Virus record (IMG/VR): IMGVR_UViG_3300027798_000225
Location: 1-24,051 of that record
Reading direction: 5' to 3' (one strand)
Source: a virus
Lineage: Duplodnaviria > Caudoviricetes
Length of the DNA stretch: 24,051 nucleotides
Shown: in pieces, positions 8,879 through 17,950 of the stretch
Numbering within the stretch: position 1 is the stretch's first letter
Layout: the number at the start of each line of letters is the position of its first letter
Position numbers and translations under genes: made by a program
The notes under the pieces: model-generated
Seen by the model: only the letters and a program-made list of their open reading frames with translations
What the model was told of the DNA's origin: nothing
Databases searched by the model: none

Positions 8879-9453
8879 CTCCAAAACTCTCCATTCTAAC
8901 TCCCGCCATCTGGCGACGCATCGACAAAGCCCGCGCCCTCGCGGATCTCATCGCGCCGCATCCGCAGGCTGAGCACATCGTTGTTCTCGACAACATTACC
9001 CGCTCTGTCGGGCTCAAGCGCCAAGCGTGCCTTGATTCTGCCATCGGTGATTACGTGATGTTTTGCGACGACGACGACGAGATTTTCCCAGATACAATTC
9101 CGCTGATTCTCGCCGCCATCAAGCACGCGCCAGATGTGATTACCTTTAAGCAACACGCGATTTACAACGGGCGGCGGTCCGATGTAGTGTTTCACTTGAA
9201 CAACCAAGACGGGCCGTTCGTGGAAGGTGGGCAGACCTTGCGCGCTCCGTGGCACGTATGCGCGTGGAAGCGTGAGTTAGTGGCCGATTGCCTTTTCCCG
9301 GACATCTCGTATGGCGAAGATCGCGTGTGGGCAGAACAGGCACGGCGAAGGGTAAGGACTGGGCTGCACATTGATCAGGTGTTGCACCGTTACACGCATG
9401 ATGCGAGGGACACGGCTGCACCGGAAACGAACACCAAGATCAGCAACGGGTAA
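8875..9453 (+). CDS. GT2-family glycosyltransferase (192 aa)
   Basis: KLSILTP, SVGLKRQ, GDYVMFCDDDD and FPDISYGED motifs. Confidence 0.9.
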   Translation: MTPKLSILTPAIWRRIDKARALADLIAPHPQAEHIVVLDNITRSVGLKRQACLDSAIGDYVMFCDDDDEIFPDTIPLILAAIKHAPDVITFKQHAIYNGRRSDVVFHLNNQDGPFVEGGQTLRAPWHVCAWKRELVADCLFPDISYGEDRVWAEQARRRVRTGLHIDQVLHRYTHDARDTAAPETNTKISNG

Positions 9454-9501
9454 TCCCGTTTGCTGCATCGGCTGTTCGGCTTTAGACACCCGCGCTATAT
9501 T

Positions 9502-9822
9502 GTGACCGCACGCGCCGAATCTCTCTTTAACGCCGCTCGTCTCCGTCAGAAATACTGCGGCGGCGGCAAAGTATCTGTGACCATCGGCGGCGTTGCTGGC
9601 ACTGGCGTCTTGAGCGACGTGTCACGGCAGGACGATCTAGAAAGTGGTGGTTTTATCCAGGGCATCGATGCCGAACTGCACATCAGGAAATGCGAGTATC
9701 CAACCGCGCCGACCAACGGCACGACCATCACCGCTAACGGCACGACTTACCGGGTGACGGAAGTCAACAATGATCACCGCATGAGCGAGTGGATTCTAAC
9801 CCTTCAGGCGCAGCACCGATGA
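9502..9822 (+). CDS. Head-closure / head-tail joining protein (106 aa)
   Basis: Beta-rich, with P.NGTTITANGTTYRVTEV...WILTL pattern. GTG start preceded by TAGAC-N14. Confidence 0.65.
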   Translation: MTARAESLFNAARLRQKYCGGGKVSVTIGGVAGTGVLSDVSRQDDLESGGFIQGIDAELHIRKCEYPTAPTNGTTITANGTTYRVTEVNNDHRMSEWILTLQAQHR

Positions 9823-10634
9823 TCACGATGCAGTTCGACAAGACGCAACTTGATCGACTGTTCAAGGATGCGCCAAAGAAATTCTTGGTCGCGGCTGGAA
9901 CGGACATTCGCACAGCAGCGCGCACGTTTGCTGCTATCGCTGCGAAAAATACTCTCCCTTACGGGGCATACGATCAGCCGCCGAAGGCCGCGACTAACAC
10001 GGTGCAAAACCAGATCAAACGCACCCAAGTTCCTATCGACTCGCTCGGCTCAATGTGGCAGATTATAAAAGACGTGGATAAAGGGCTGGCCGCTGCATTC
10101 TGGACGGCGGTCAAGGCGCGCAAGATGGGCCTTGCAAAACAGATCCTAGACGACTTGCAAGCGGCTGGCGGCAATTTCACTCATGGCGCAGTTTCGCCCA
10201 GCGCTCACACCAAAGCACGGACGGGCAAAAATAGATCGGTGCCAATCAACCACCGTCCTAGCCACATCATCACTTCCGCAGGCAGCGCGCTCAACACCTA
10301 CATCAAGCGCAAAGAGAACACCATCGGCGCGGCAAAAGCTGGATGGGCGGTGGCAGGCAAAAGCATCGGCGGAAGTATTAGCGCCAAAGAAGGCGTGAAG
10401 GCGTGGTATAACACCGGGCGGCACAAGAAAGCGCGTGGCACGCATCAACTCATCCGCACAGAAACAGAGACCTTTCTCAAGCTGATCAACCAAGTGCCGT
10501 GGGCAGACGTTGCTTTTCCGGCGTCACAGAAAAAGGTCTGCGGACGTGAGTTTGAGCCAGCATTCAAAAAGGCAATCGAGACGCGCAAGAAAGCGCTCGC
10601 AGATGCCGCATTCAAACGACAAGGAGCACGCTAA
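9819..10634 (+). CDS. Putative neck / tail-completion protein (basic, 271 aa)
   Basis: Lies between head closure and tail terminator, has a LINQVPWA motif, and overlaps the previous gene by ATGA. Confidence 0.55.
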   Translation: MITMQFDKTQLDRLFKDAPKKFLVAAGTDIRTAARTFAAIAAKNTLPYGAYDQPPKAATNTVQNQIKRTQVPIDSLGSMWQIIKDVDKGLAAAFWTAVKARKMGLAKQILDDLQAAGGNFTHGAVSPSAHTKARTGKNRSVPINHRPSHIITSAGSALNTYIKRKENTIGAAKAGWAVAGKSIGGSISAKEGVKAWYNTGRHKKARGTHQLIRTETETFLKLINQVPWADVAFPASQKKVCGREFEPAFKKAIETRKKALADAAFKRQGAR

Positions 10635-10637
10635 TTT

Positions 10638-11075
10638 ATGGCTGACCACTGGACAATTCGACTCGAAACAATCTTCACCGATTACCTATCCACCATCTCC
10701 GCGACCACCATCCCGGCGACAGTGCAGAAGGTCGCATCACGCTCAACAGCCGCTAGGAATCGGCCTTGCGTTGTGCTGGAGGTGGACGGCGACAGGGCAG
10801 GCAACTACATGGTCAACGCCAACCTGACCGTCCACGTCATGACCAACGCAAACGACACCACCGACGCGCAGGCGGCGACGTGGAGCAAGGCGGCGGCTGA
10901 TTTTATCCGTGACGAGTCGGCGTGGTCAACCTGGGCCGCGACCAAAACAACGACTTACCGCACGGGCTGGGCGCTGCGTAAACGCTGGCTGGGAGCGTTT
11001 GACGTGGAGACGGACGAAGAATCCAACCAGCGTGACACTCGGCAGGTGATTAGCTTCGCGGTGGAGATTGACTGA
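10638..11075 (+). CDS. Putative tail terminator protein
   Basis: 145 aa with an RPCVVLEV motif, AAGGAG RBS, and a position just before the tube gene. Confidence 0.55.
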   Translation: MADHWTIRLETIFTDYLSTISATTIPATVQKVASRSTAARNRPCVVLEVDGDRAGNYMVNANLTVHVMTNANDTTDAQAATWSKAAADFIRDESAWSTWAATKTTTYRTGWALRKRWLGAFDVETDEESNQRDTRQVISFAVEID

Positions 11076-11098
11076 TTTTGACAAATTGCGGAGTCTGT

Positions 11099-11494
11099 AT
11101 GGCTACCGCAGTAATCGAAACAGGAGTTCTTCCCGCTTACGACCTCGACGAGGACGGAGAGGCTGGGATTTTGTTGGACACCTTCACCATGGCGTTCAAA
11201 CGGACCTATGAAACGAAGCGCAACGCGAACAAGTCCACTATCTTCCATCGTGGCGTTGACCCCATGGTCGAAATCACCGCAGCAGGTCGCATCAGTGGCA
11301 CCACTCGCGTAACGTTTGCCGCCTTCCATCCCGGCACCACCATCACAGCGCTTTCTAACTACGCGACCACCATTCGTGGATTCAATCCTGCATCCGGCAA
11401 GATCATCTTCCAAGACGTTGAGGACACGCTCAACAACGTGGACACGACGCCGACCTTTAGCTTTTCGGCGATGCATTACCCATTGATGGCCTAA
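11099..11494 (+). CDS. Putative tail tube (major tail) protein (131 aa)
   Basis: Thr-rich and beta-strand-like, upstream of the chaperones and tape measure. TTGAC-N16-ATG start. Confidence 0.6.
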   Translation: MATAVIETGVLPAYDLDEDGEAGILLDTFTMAFKRTYETKRNANKSTIFHRGVDPMVEITAAGRISGTTRVTFAAFHPGTTITALSNYATTIRGFNPASGKIIFQDVEDTLNNVDTTPTFSFSAMHYPLMA

Positions 11495-11524
11495 CCCATC
11501 GCGACACTTAGAACCTGAACGATT

Positions 11525-12280
11525 ATGGAAGCCTGGAGCGCCCCTGAACGAAATACCCAAATCGCAGCTTGCTTTGCTGCGCTCGGCTTTCCTTGCCGCA
11601 TTGAAAAGCAGACTGATGCCGAGACTGGGCACACCGTCGCATCATTCTTTTTTCGCACTGCGACCGCGCCGGGCTTTCCGCCAGCTCGACTCTCCGACAT
11701 CCGCCAAGCCTACGACAGCGGCGACATGGAGCGCAACACGCCGCATCATCCGTTGCTCATGGGAATGCGAGCCATGCACAATCTCAACGCGCTCATGGAC
11801 TGGCTGAAGCAGGGCAAGCAGCAAAGGCTTGTGACTACCGCGCAAAAGCAGTTCACAATCTACAAGCCAGGGCAGGCTCACGCACAAGAAGCCGTAATGA
11901 TCGACACGGGCGACATCGACGCTTGCGCCGCTCTTGCGTCCATCGGCGTGCCCGTCTGCTTCATCGACGGCCACAGCAACGCCCACCGCTTCCACGTCCC
12001 TGCAATGGGCATGGATCTCATCGGCACGCACGGAGCTTACAACGTCGACGCCGCGCAACTGCTCAAGGAGCTAAGGGCTGGCACGCTCGACGAGTTCGAC
12101 GACGACTTTATGGCCGGTTACAACGCGCTCAAGGCGAGGCGTGATCTGCTTGGCGCGGTCAAGGCTCAACGGGCAAGCGTCCTGATTCGCAAGCCTAACT
12201 CTTTTCGGCGCGCCTACGTCATGGAGAACGCCAGTGGAACGATAATGGACAAAGTTAAACGACACTTCAAAATAGCATGA
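11525..12280 (+). CDS. Hypothetical protein with internal domain duplication
   Basis: Two similar segments: ERNTQIAACFAALGFP and TGDIDACAALASIGVP. Confidence 0.8.
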   Translation: MEAWSAPERNTQIAACFAALGFPCRIEKQTDAETGHTVASFFFRTATAPGFPPARLSDIRQAYDSGDMERNTPHHPLLMGMRAMHNLNALMDWLKQGKQQRLVTTAQKQFTIYKPGQAHAQEAVMIDTGDIDACAALASIGVPVCFIDGHSNAHRFHVPAMGMDLIGTHGAYNVDAAQLLKELRAGTLDEFDDDFMAGYNALKARRDLLGAVKAQRASVLIRKPNSFRRAYVMENASGTIMDKVKRHFKIA

Positions 12281-12717
12281 ACGACATCGAACTAAGAGAA
12301 GAACAGCTTGAATCAGTAACCATTCTGATTGACCAACCTGCACCGATTGACCCGCATGAGAAAGCGCGTGAAGAAGCCTTCGACGCGACCTTTGAATGGA
12401 AGGGTATTCCGCTCGGCCCATTCACCAGCGGCAGGCGCCGGGAGTGGATTCGCCTTCGCGGTATCGACGGCGTGGACAACAGCCTACTCGACGACGCAAC
12501 GAAGATCGTGTGGCTGTGTCTGACTCCCACCGACGAACTGATCGCCAAGCGCCGCAACCCCGAAGCAATGAGCGCGGAGATTTGGCGCTGGGCAGACGAG
12601 AACGTGGGCGACAATGACAACGGGCCACTGCTCGACCTTGCCGACAAGATCGTCACGCAGTCCAGCCTGACTCGCGCCGTGCCCATCCCATCAAACGGAG
12701 CTGAATCGGGAAACTAG
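12277..12717 (+). CDS. Tail assembly chaperone (gpG-like)
   Basis: Acidic, 146 aa, upstream of the tape measure, ending in slippery G GGA AAC TAG. Confidence 0.8.
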   Translation: MNDIELREEQLESVTILIDQPAPIDPHEKAREEAFDATFEWKGIPLGPFTSGRRREWIRLRGIDGVDNSLLDDATKIVWLCLTPTDELIAKRRNPEAMSAEIWRWADENVGDNDNGPLLDLADKIVTQSSLTRAVPIPSNGAESGN

Positions 12718-12941
12718 CATGGCCTGTCGAGGACGCTCTTTACCTTGCAGTGGTGAGAAAAGCGACAGGCCGAACTGACTTTGATATTGATTGGAATCTA
12801 CCGCTAGCAAAAGGTTGGGCGATGTTTCACGCGCAAAGACTTTTGGACGGAGAAGTGATGACATGGCCAACCACCGAAAGCACGCCGGACGGCAGATGGT
12901 GGCTGGCGATTCAGGAGCGATTGACTAACTCGACATTGTAA
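12708..12941 (+). CDS. -1 frameshift extension of tail assembly chaperone (gpGT-like)
   Basis: The -1 frame is open from the GGGAAAC heptamer (LAWPVEDALYLAVVRKATG...) to TAA 12939-12941. Confidence 0.8.
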   Translation, partial: GKLAWPVEDALYLAVVRKATGRTDFDIDWNLPLAKGWAMFHAQRLLDGEVMTWPTTESTPDGRWWLAIQERLTNSTL

Positions 12942-14320
12942 TGCCAGACGCAACCGTAACACTTGGATTAGACGGCAAACCGCTTAAATCCGGACTTGAT
13001 AGCGCAAGGCGTGATGTCGAAAGGTTTGGGCAGAGCACAAAAAAAACATTAACGGCAGCAACCAGCGGAAGATTTGCAGGTGCGGGTAAAAGCATTGCGG
13101 GCGCATTAGCCGGGCTTGCGGTAGGCTCGAAAATCACTAGCACCATCAACGAATACGCCCGGCTTGCTGACTTATCCGCAAGACTTGGAGTTAGTGCTGA
13201 ATCCATTCAGCGCGTAGGCATTGCCGCAGAGCAATCAGGCACTGACGCGGAAACAGCAGCTAGAGCACTGACGCTACTCACAAGGGCGCTTGATAATCCA
13301 GATAATAAAAAAGCGGCAGAAGCATTCAAAGAATTGGGCGTGAATCTTGGCGAGCTTAGAACGGCGGATGCATTCGAGCAAGTTGGCATTCTCGCAAAGG
13401 CATTTCAAAAAGCTCAATCTACAGGTACTGGATTTTCGGCTATAATGGACTTGCTGGGAAAATCAGGCGCGGAATTAATCCCGTTACTTCGCATGACCAG
13501 CGAGGAAATGGATGCTATTGCTAAAAAGGAAATTATTTCCGACGATCAAATTGCTCGTATTGCAAAACTTGATGACCGAATGGTTGAATTGAGTAGAACG
13601 GTATCAGTTGGGCTTGGTTCAAGCATTGCATGGATAGCCGACAAATGGGAGTCAACGATTGATGTAATCACGACAAAAGCTTTGCAAGCGCAAGTTATTG
13701 TCGATTCTCTTTTTGCTGGCAATGGTCCAACGGCAGCGCTTCAAGCAGGCGCAAAGTTTGCCCAAGACATGGCGGACGCAAAAATTAAAGAAGCAAAAGA
13801 GGCGGCGGCAGCAGAGCAAAGGGCGCTTGAAGCAAAAAGAGAATCGCTAGCTCTTACAAAGGAAATTACCAAAGAAGAAAAAAAAGCAGAAAAACCAACC
13901 GGGGCAGACACTAACGCGGATGGCTTCACATCTAAACGCGAACAACGTATTTTTGATCTAGCTCAAGAGCGGGGGCAAAGAAGGGCAGATTCAATCAAAG
14001 GATATTCTGAATCCAGAGAAGGTGGAAGCGATTTCGCGAGGGCCAGAGGCGCTCAAAGAAGATCTGAAAGCGATGCTCAAAGAAAAGAATTATACTCCCG
14101 CAAATTTGGCGGGTTAAAAGAACTTGGAGAAATGAATGCCATGCAAGAGAATCTTGGCTTTGCAAGTGTTGGCCTCCGCTTTAAAGGCGTTCGCAGCACT
14201 GACCCTGTCGGCACTATTGCTGCTCGCGATGTGCCTGACGGCAAGGGCGGCGTCGAGCGATTAGTGATGAGCCAAGACAGGCTTTATAATTTGATTGAGC
14301 AACGTCTTACCGTCGATTGA
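12941..14320 (+). CDS. Tail tape measure protein (short, 459 aa)
   Basis: N-terminal ATVTLGLDGKPLKSGL, Ala/Gly-rich helices, LADLSARLGVSAESIQ and LLGKSGAELIPLL motifs. Follows the frameshift chaperone. Confidence 0.88.
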   Translation: MPDATVTLGLDGKPLKSGLDSARRDVERFGQSTKKTLTAATSGRFAGAGKSIAGALAGLAVGSKITSTINEYARLADLSARLGVSAESIQRVGIAAEQSGTDAETAARALTLLTRALDNPDNKKAAEAFKELGVNLGELRTADAFEQVGILAKAFQKAQSTGTGFSAIMDLLGKSGAELIPLLRMTSEEMDAIAKKEIISDDQIARIAKLDDRMVELSRTVSVGLGSSIAWIADKWESTIDVITTKALQAQVIVDSLFAGNGPTAALQAGAKFAQDMADAKIKEAKEAAAAEQRALEAKRESLALTKEITKEEKKAEKPTGADTNADGFTSKREQRIFDLAQERGQRRADSIKGYSESREGGSDFARARGAQRRSESDAQRKELYSRKFGGLKELGEMNAMQENLGFASVGLRFKGVRSTDPVGTIAARDVPDGKGGVERLVMSQDRLYNLIEQRLTVD

Positions 14321-14337
14321 CAAAACCCCAATAACGT

Positions 14338-14976
14338 ATGTCCGCAGCCCAAACCCAACGCATTCCCAACAACGTCGACATCGAAGGTGATTTGATCGTT
14401 CGCGGTAATCTTCCGAACATCCCGCGCTCTTCGCTCGTTCAGGACGACTTCGTTTCGTTTATGATTCCGCTTGAGCGCTTTCGCGTTTGGGATGCCTACG
14501 CCACCGCACTCCCAGGCACATCGGCAACGGATGACCTTGGGATGATCACTGGCACGTTCGGCACGGCACCACCCTACATCGGCACGGGCGATGTGAAGAA
14601 CACTACAGTCACGCGATACGCTCGCGTTGGCTATCAACTCCCGGCTGAGTATGTCGCAGGGCAAAGCGTGCGCCTAACGCTTCACGCTGGCATGATCACG
14701 ACCGTATCAAGCGGCGCGGCCACCGTGGACGTTGAGTGCTACAAGATGGCGCAGGACGGCAGCACGGGCATGGGCTCAGACCTTGTGACCACTGCGGCCA
14801 CAACGATCCGCTCACTGACTTTCGGTGACAAAGACTTCGACATCACGTCCACCGCGCTTTCTCCCGGCGACTGGCTCGACATTCGCATCACGGTCAACAT
14901 CGTGGACAGCGCAACTGGCACGGCTGTGATTGGCGCAATTCTGGCCGCTGAAATGAAGCTCGACATCAAAGGCTAA
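14338..14976 (+). CDS. Putative virion structural protein (beta-rich, 212 aa)
   Basis: Thr/Gly-rich, follows the tape measure, TTGAC-N16-ATG start. Confidence 0.6.
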   Translation: MSAAQTQRIPNNVDIEGDLIVRGNLPNIPRSSLVQDDFVSFMIPLERFRVWDAYATALPGTSATDDLGMITGTFGTAPPYIGTGDVKNTTVTRYARVGYQLPAEYVAGQSVRLTLHAGMITTVSSGAATVDVECYKMAQDGSTGMGSDLVTTAATTIRSLTFGDKDFDITSTALSPGDWLDIRITVNIVDSATGTAVIGAILAAEMKLDIKG

Positions 14977-15788
14977 TGACTCCCGTCTTGTCCGAAGGCT
15001 CACCTAATTTCTGGCTGGAGAATCCGACGATTCGCCGCCGCTTTGATGGGCTGGATGAATTGAGTGCGGTTTATTTTACGGACAACCCGCTGACGATTGC
15101 TCCAGGCGAAGCGTTGCCGAGTCCGTATGGCGGCTTTCGAGCGCGGGATGTGGAGGTCAACTTTGAGCCAGACGATACCGCTGAATTGCGCGTCACAGGC
15201 ATTGGCATCTACGGCACGCAGTTAAACCGAAAGCTTGGATCAAGCTGGACGCAAAACCAAGAGGGTTTTGATGATGGCTCTGAAACGTGGATTACCCTTG
15301 GGCGCGGGGCTTTTGTTCTTGGCACCGTATCAAGCGAGCAGGGCGGCATGTATGTCTCTGACGTGAGCTTTGAGCGCATTGACCCCGACTTTAACTATTG
15401 GCGCGCTAACGTCAAGTATCGCGGCATTCTGCGAACCAAGGACCAAAAAATCCATCTATCCACAGCGGCACGGGAAATGGGCATTGAGAACATTGCGGTA
15501 AGGCTTCCCGGCGGTTGGAATGATCCCCGCTCCGGTGACATCCTTTGGCCTCGGCCAGAAGTCCGCACGTCCTACGTTCAAATTGGCACTCCAGGAATGG
15601 CTGATATTCCAAGCGCGTCAGCTCCGCCAATTAACCCTGGTGTTTTCGATCCGCCTATAACCGGAGACCTTAAATGGCACTGGCCTAATGGCTGGGTGAT
15701 TGTGGCTAGGGAGACGGAAAATTTGGTCAATACTAACGTGTGGTTCGTCCAAGAGACCTACATGTATAACGCCGCCGCCACCTTCTAA
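14976..15788 (+). CDS. Putative tail tip / hub protein
   Basis: 270 aa, TAATG coupling, position in the tail module. Function inferred from synteny only. Confidence 0.5.
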   Translation: MTPVLSEGSPNFWLENPTIRRRFDGLDELSAVYFTDNPLTIAPGEALPSPYGGFRARDVEVNFEPDDTAELRVTGIGIYGTQLNRKLGSSWTQNQEGFDDGSETWITLGRGAFVLGTVSSEQGGMYVSDVSFERIDPDFNYWRANVKYRGILRTKDQKIHLSTAAREMGIENIAVRLPGGWNDPRSGDILWPRPEVRTSYVQIGTPGMADIPSASAPPINPGVFDPPITGDLKWHWPNGWVIVARETENLVNTNVWFVQETYMYNAAATF

Positions 15789-15789
15789 A

Positions 15790-16335
15790 ATGAAGCCACG
15801 CAGAAAGAACGATCAAGGAAGAGGTCTCGCTCGGTGGGGCTGGATCAAATCCTATCTTGGCCCTACACTAAAATACATTGGCATCACCAGCGGCGAGTTC
15901 GACAAAATCATTTCTGGTGGAGATCAGCACATAGAGCAAGGCTCAGAATCAGAAAATGATTCTGGCATTGCGGTGCGGTTTATTAGCATCAACAATAACC
16001 TGTACCCCATACTTGGAGACATTCCAACCGAGGACGGTTACATCTGCGTCGTGTTTGATTTTGAGCCTGGAGTGACCGAGATTGACCCGTTCTCAATTCC
16101 GCCAGCCTATATTTCCAGCGGCACCATTACCCTACTGACTCAACCAAGATGGTTTTTAACAAACATCTTAAACCTACGAGCAAGCGTTGATACCGACGGC
16201 GCGGTCACGTCTAACGGCAAGGCGGTTATTCCCGTGGCATTCCGCAGCGGCCAAGCCCTAGAGGTTTACATCCGCAGTGGCCAGATTACTTTTACCACGT
16301 TCGGAACACTGGGCATTGACGCATTCTTGAGCTAA
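15790..16335 (+). CDS. Putative minor tail protein (181 aa)
   Basis: ATG 1 nt after the previous stop, and TAATG coupling to the next gene. Confidence 0.55.
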   Translation: MKPRRKNDQGRGLARWGWIKSYLGPTLKYIGITSGEFDKIISGGDQHIEQGSESENDSGIAVRFISINNNLYPILGDIPTEDGYICVVFDFEPGVTEIDPFSIPPAYISSGTITLLTQPRWFLTNILNLRASVDTDGAVTSNGKAVIPVAFRSGQALEVYIRSGQITFTTFGTLGIDAFLS

Positions 16336-16904
16336 TGAAAACCAACTCACTAGCATCATCACGCAAAGCATGGCGGCTCATCCAATCGCTCATTAGCCGA
16401 GTTGTGAGCAACGGCAAAGAAACTGTGATCGGCGGCGATGACTTGCTCAAAATGACCCGCACTGTTGACACCGGGCACCCGTTTAAGGTTCGGAGATCCG
16501 GTAATAGCGTGCGCTTTCAATCAGGGCTCGTCAGCAGCTTTACCAATACAGCCAAACCATCTACATGGGTTATTACTGATCGCGGCGGATTCGACGTTAC
16601 ATCTTTTCCGGCTTGGATTGTTGTCCGTATTACCACCAGCGCCAGCCCTCCTTATTCAATCACAAACCCAGTCGAAAGTTACTATGTGGTGCAAACGGGA
16701 GGCCAAACTAGCGCTCCAGTCGCCGAAATCAGCGCTCCTGATGGCTTTTTAGGCGCTTATAGCGTTGTCGGTGAATCGGCTACTCAATCAGAAATCGCTG
16801 TCCCAATTTGCTATTTAACTGAAACCACAACGCACCAGCTAATCAGGTCCAACTTTTCGATTATGCCGCAGGCAAATCATCACAACTTGATAACCTACCT
16901 ATGA
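16335..16904 (+). CDS. Putative minor tail protein
   Basis: 189 aa with HPFKV...VRFQSGLV segment, coupled on both sides. Confidence 0.55.
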   Translation: MKTNSLASSRKAWRLIQSLISRVVSNGKETVIGGDDLLKMTRTVDTGHPFKVRRSGNSVRFQSGLVSSFTNTAKPSTWVITDRGGFDVTSFPAWIVVRITTSASPPYSITNPVESYYVVQTGGQTSAPVAEISAPDGFLGAYSVVGESATQSEIAVPICYLTETTTHQLIRSNFSIMPQANHHNLITYL

Positions 16905-17560
16905 GCTTATTAAGTAAGCGCACATTCCGCAAATGGGCAAAGGTGTTGACTGAAAGGGGTCTAACGGTGGATGATGCTGATTTGGTAGCCGAGGTCGGAA
17001 ATACCGTTTATGTGAAGGGGAAGCCACCGTTGGACGACACCTCTCCGATTACGGTTGAAGACAACTTCGTGACTTTTACCGTTGGGGCGGTATGGATAAA
17101 TGGCACGACTTACATGCACCCAGGATTCCCTCCCGGCTCTACTTGCACGATGGGCTTTAGTTCTGGTGACGGCTCTGACGTGTTGATTTATTGCTACGTG
17201 CCCTATCAGGCCGTGACAGCTTATCGGCCCACTACTCCCATTGATCCGCCGGGAGATGAAGTCCCAAACTGGCAGGTCATCCGTGTTGATTTAGCCGGTG
17301 ACATTGCTTTTGAGGCGGTGCAGGAATCAGACTCCAGTTCTGAATACGAAAACACACCGTCTATTGTTGATTCAGAAACCGGGAGTTGTTCTCTCGGCTG
17401 GCACAGGCGGCAACTGATCAGACTTACCTTTGACGCTCAACTCGGCGAGTGGAAAGCCAGCATTGCCAACCAAGATCCATCAAGGCTAATGGCATTAAGG
17501 ATTACATCGTATGCCCTTAGCGGTCAAATTCCCGTGGTCGGCTTCGAGTCTCTTTTTTGA
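16901..17560 (+). CDS. Putative minor tail protein
   Basis: 219 aa, ATGA overlap, within the tail module. Confidence 0.55.
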   Translation: MSLLSKRTFRKWAKVLTERGLTVDDADLVAEVGNTVYVKGKPPLDDTSPITVEDNFVTFTVGAVWINGTTYMHPGFPPGSTCTMGFSSGDGSDVLIYCYVPYQAVTAYRPTTPIDPPGDEVPNWQVIRVDLAGDIAFEAVQESDSSSEYENTPSIVDSETGSCSLGWHRRQLIRLTFDAQLGEWKASIANQDPSRLMALRITSYALSGQIPVVGFESLF

Positions 17561-17575
17561 CTATGGCGCTATTTG

Positions 17576-17950
17576 ATGGCCTGCGACTCAAACAACACAC
17601 CGCCGAATCAGACGGATCAGCCCTTGTATATCCATCAAGGCGCTGACTTTGACGCGACCTTTACCTATCAAGATCCTGACGGCGTGGCGATCGACATCAC
17701 CGGCTACACGTTCGAGCTTGTTATGGTCAAGGTAAAGCCGGGCGGTGAATTAGCGGCGACCTGGACAACTGCGGACGGTGACTTTTCAATTACTAGTGCA
17801 GCCACTGGCAGGTTTGCACTCAGAGTGACAGCCACGGAAACCGCAGCCATTCCGCTCGGCTCCTATTGGTTCGACCTTAACGGCACAACTAACAGCGGCG
17901 CTGTTTATCCACTAGCGCAAGGCCAAATCATTGTTGATCCAGAAGCATGA
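17576..17950 (+). CDS. Ig-like fibre adaptor, BppU N-terminal-like (124 aa)
   Basis: Pattern LYIHQGADF...DPDGVAIDITGYT...GSYWFDL...QGQIIV. TTGAC-N14-ATG start. Confidence 0.7.
   Translation: MACDSNNTPPNQTDQPLYIHQGADFDATFTYQDPDGVAIDITGYTFELVMVKVKPGGELAATWTTADGDFSITSAATGRFALRVTATETAAIPLGSYWFDLNGTTNSGAVYPLAQGQIIVDPEA

Noticed and set aside
9441-9465. Hairpin CAGCAACGGG-TAAT-CCCGTTTGCTG as a terminator
   Set aside because: The stem is plausible but no T-tract follows, so a terminator call is unsupported.
10955-11632. 225-aa minus-strand ORF and other long antisense ORFs (e.g. 2502-3038, 174-632)
   Set aside because: They have no recognisable motifs and are the expected shadows of GC-rich coding sequence.
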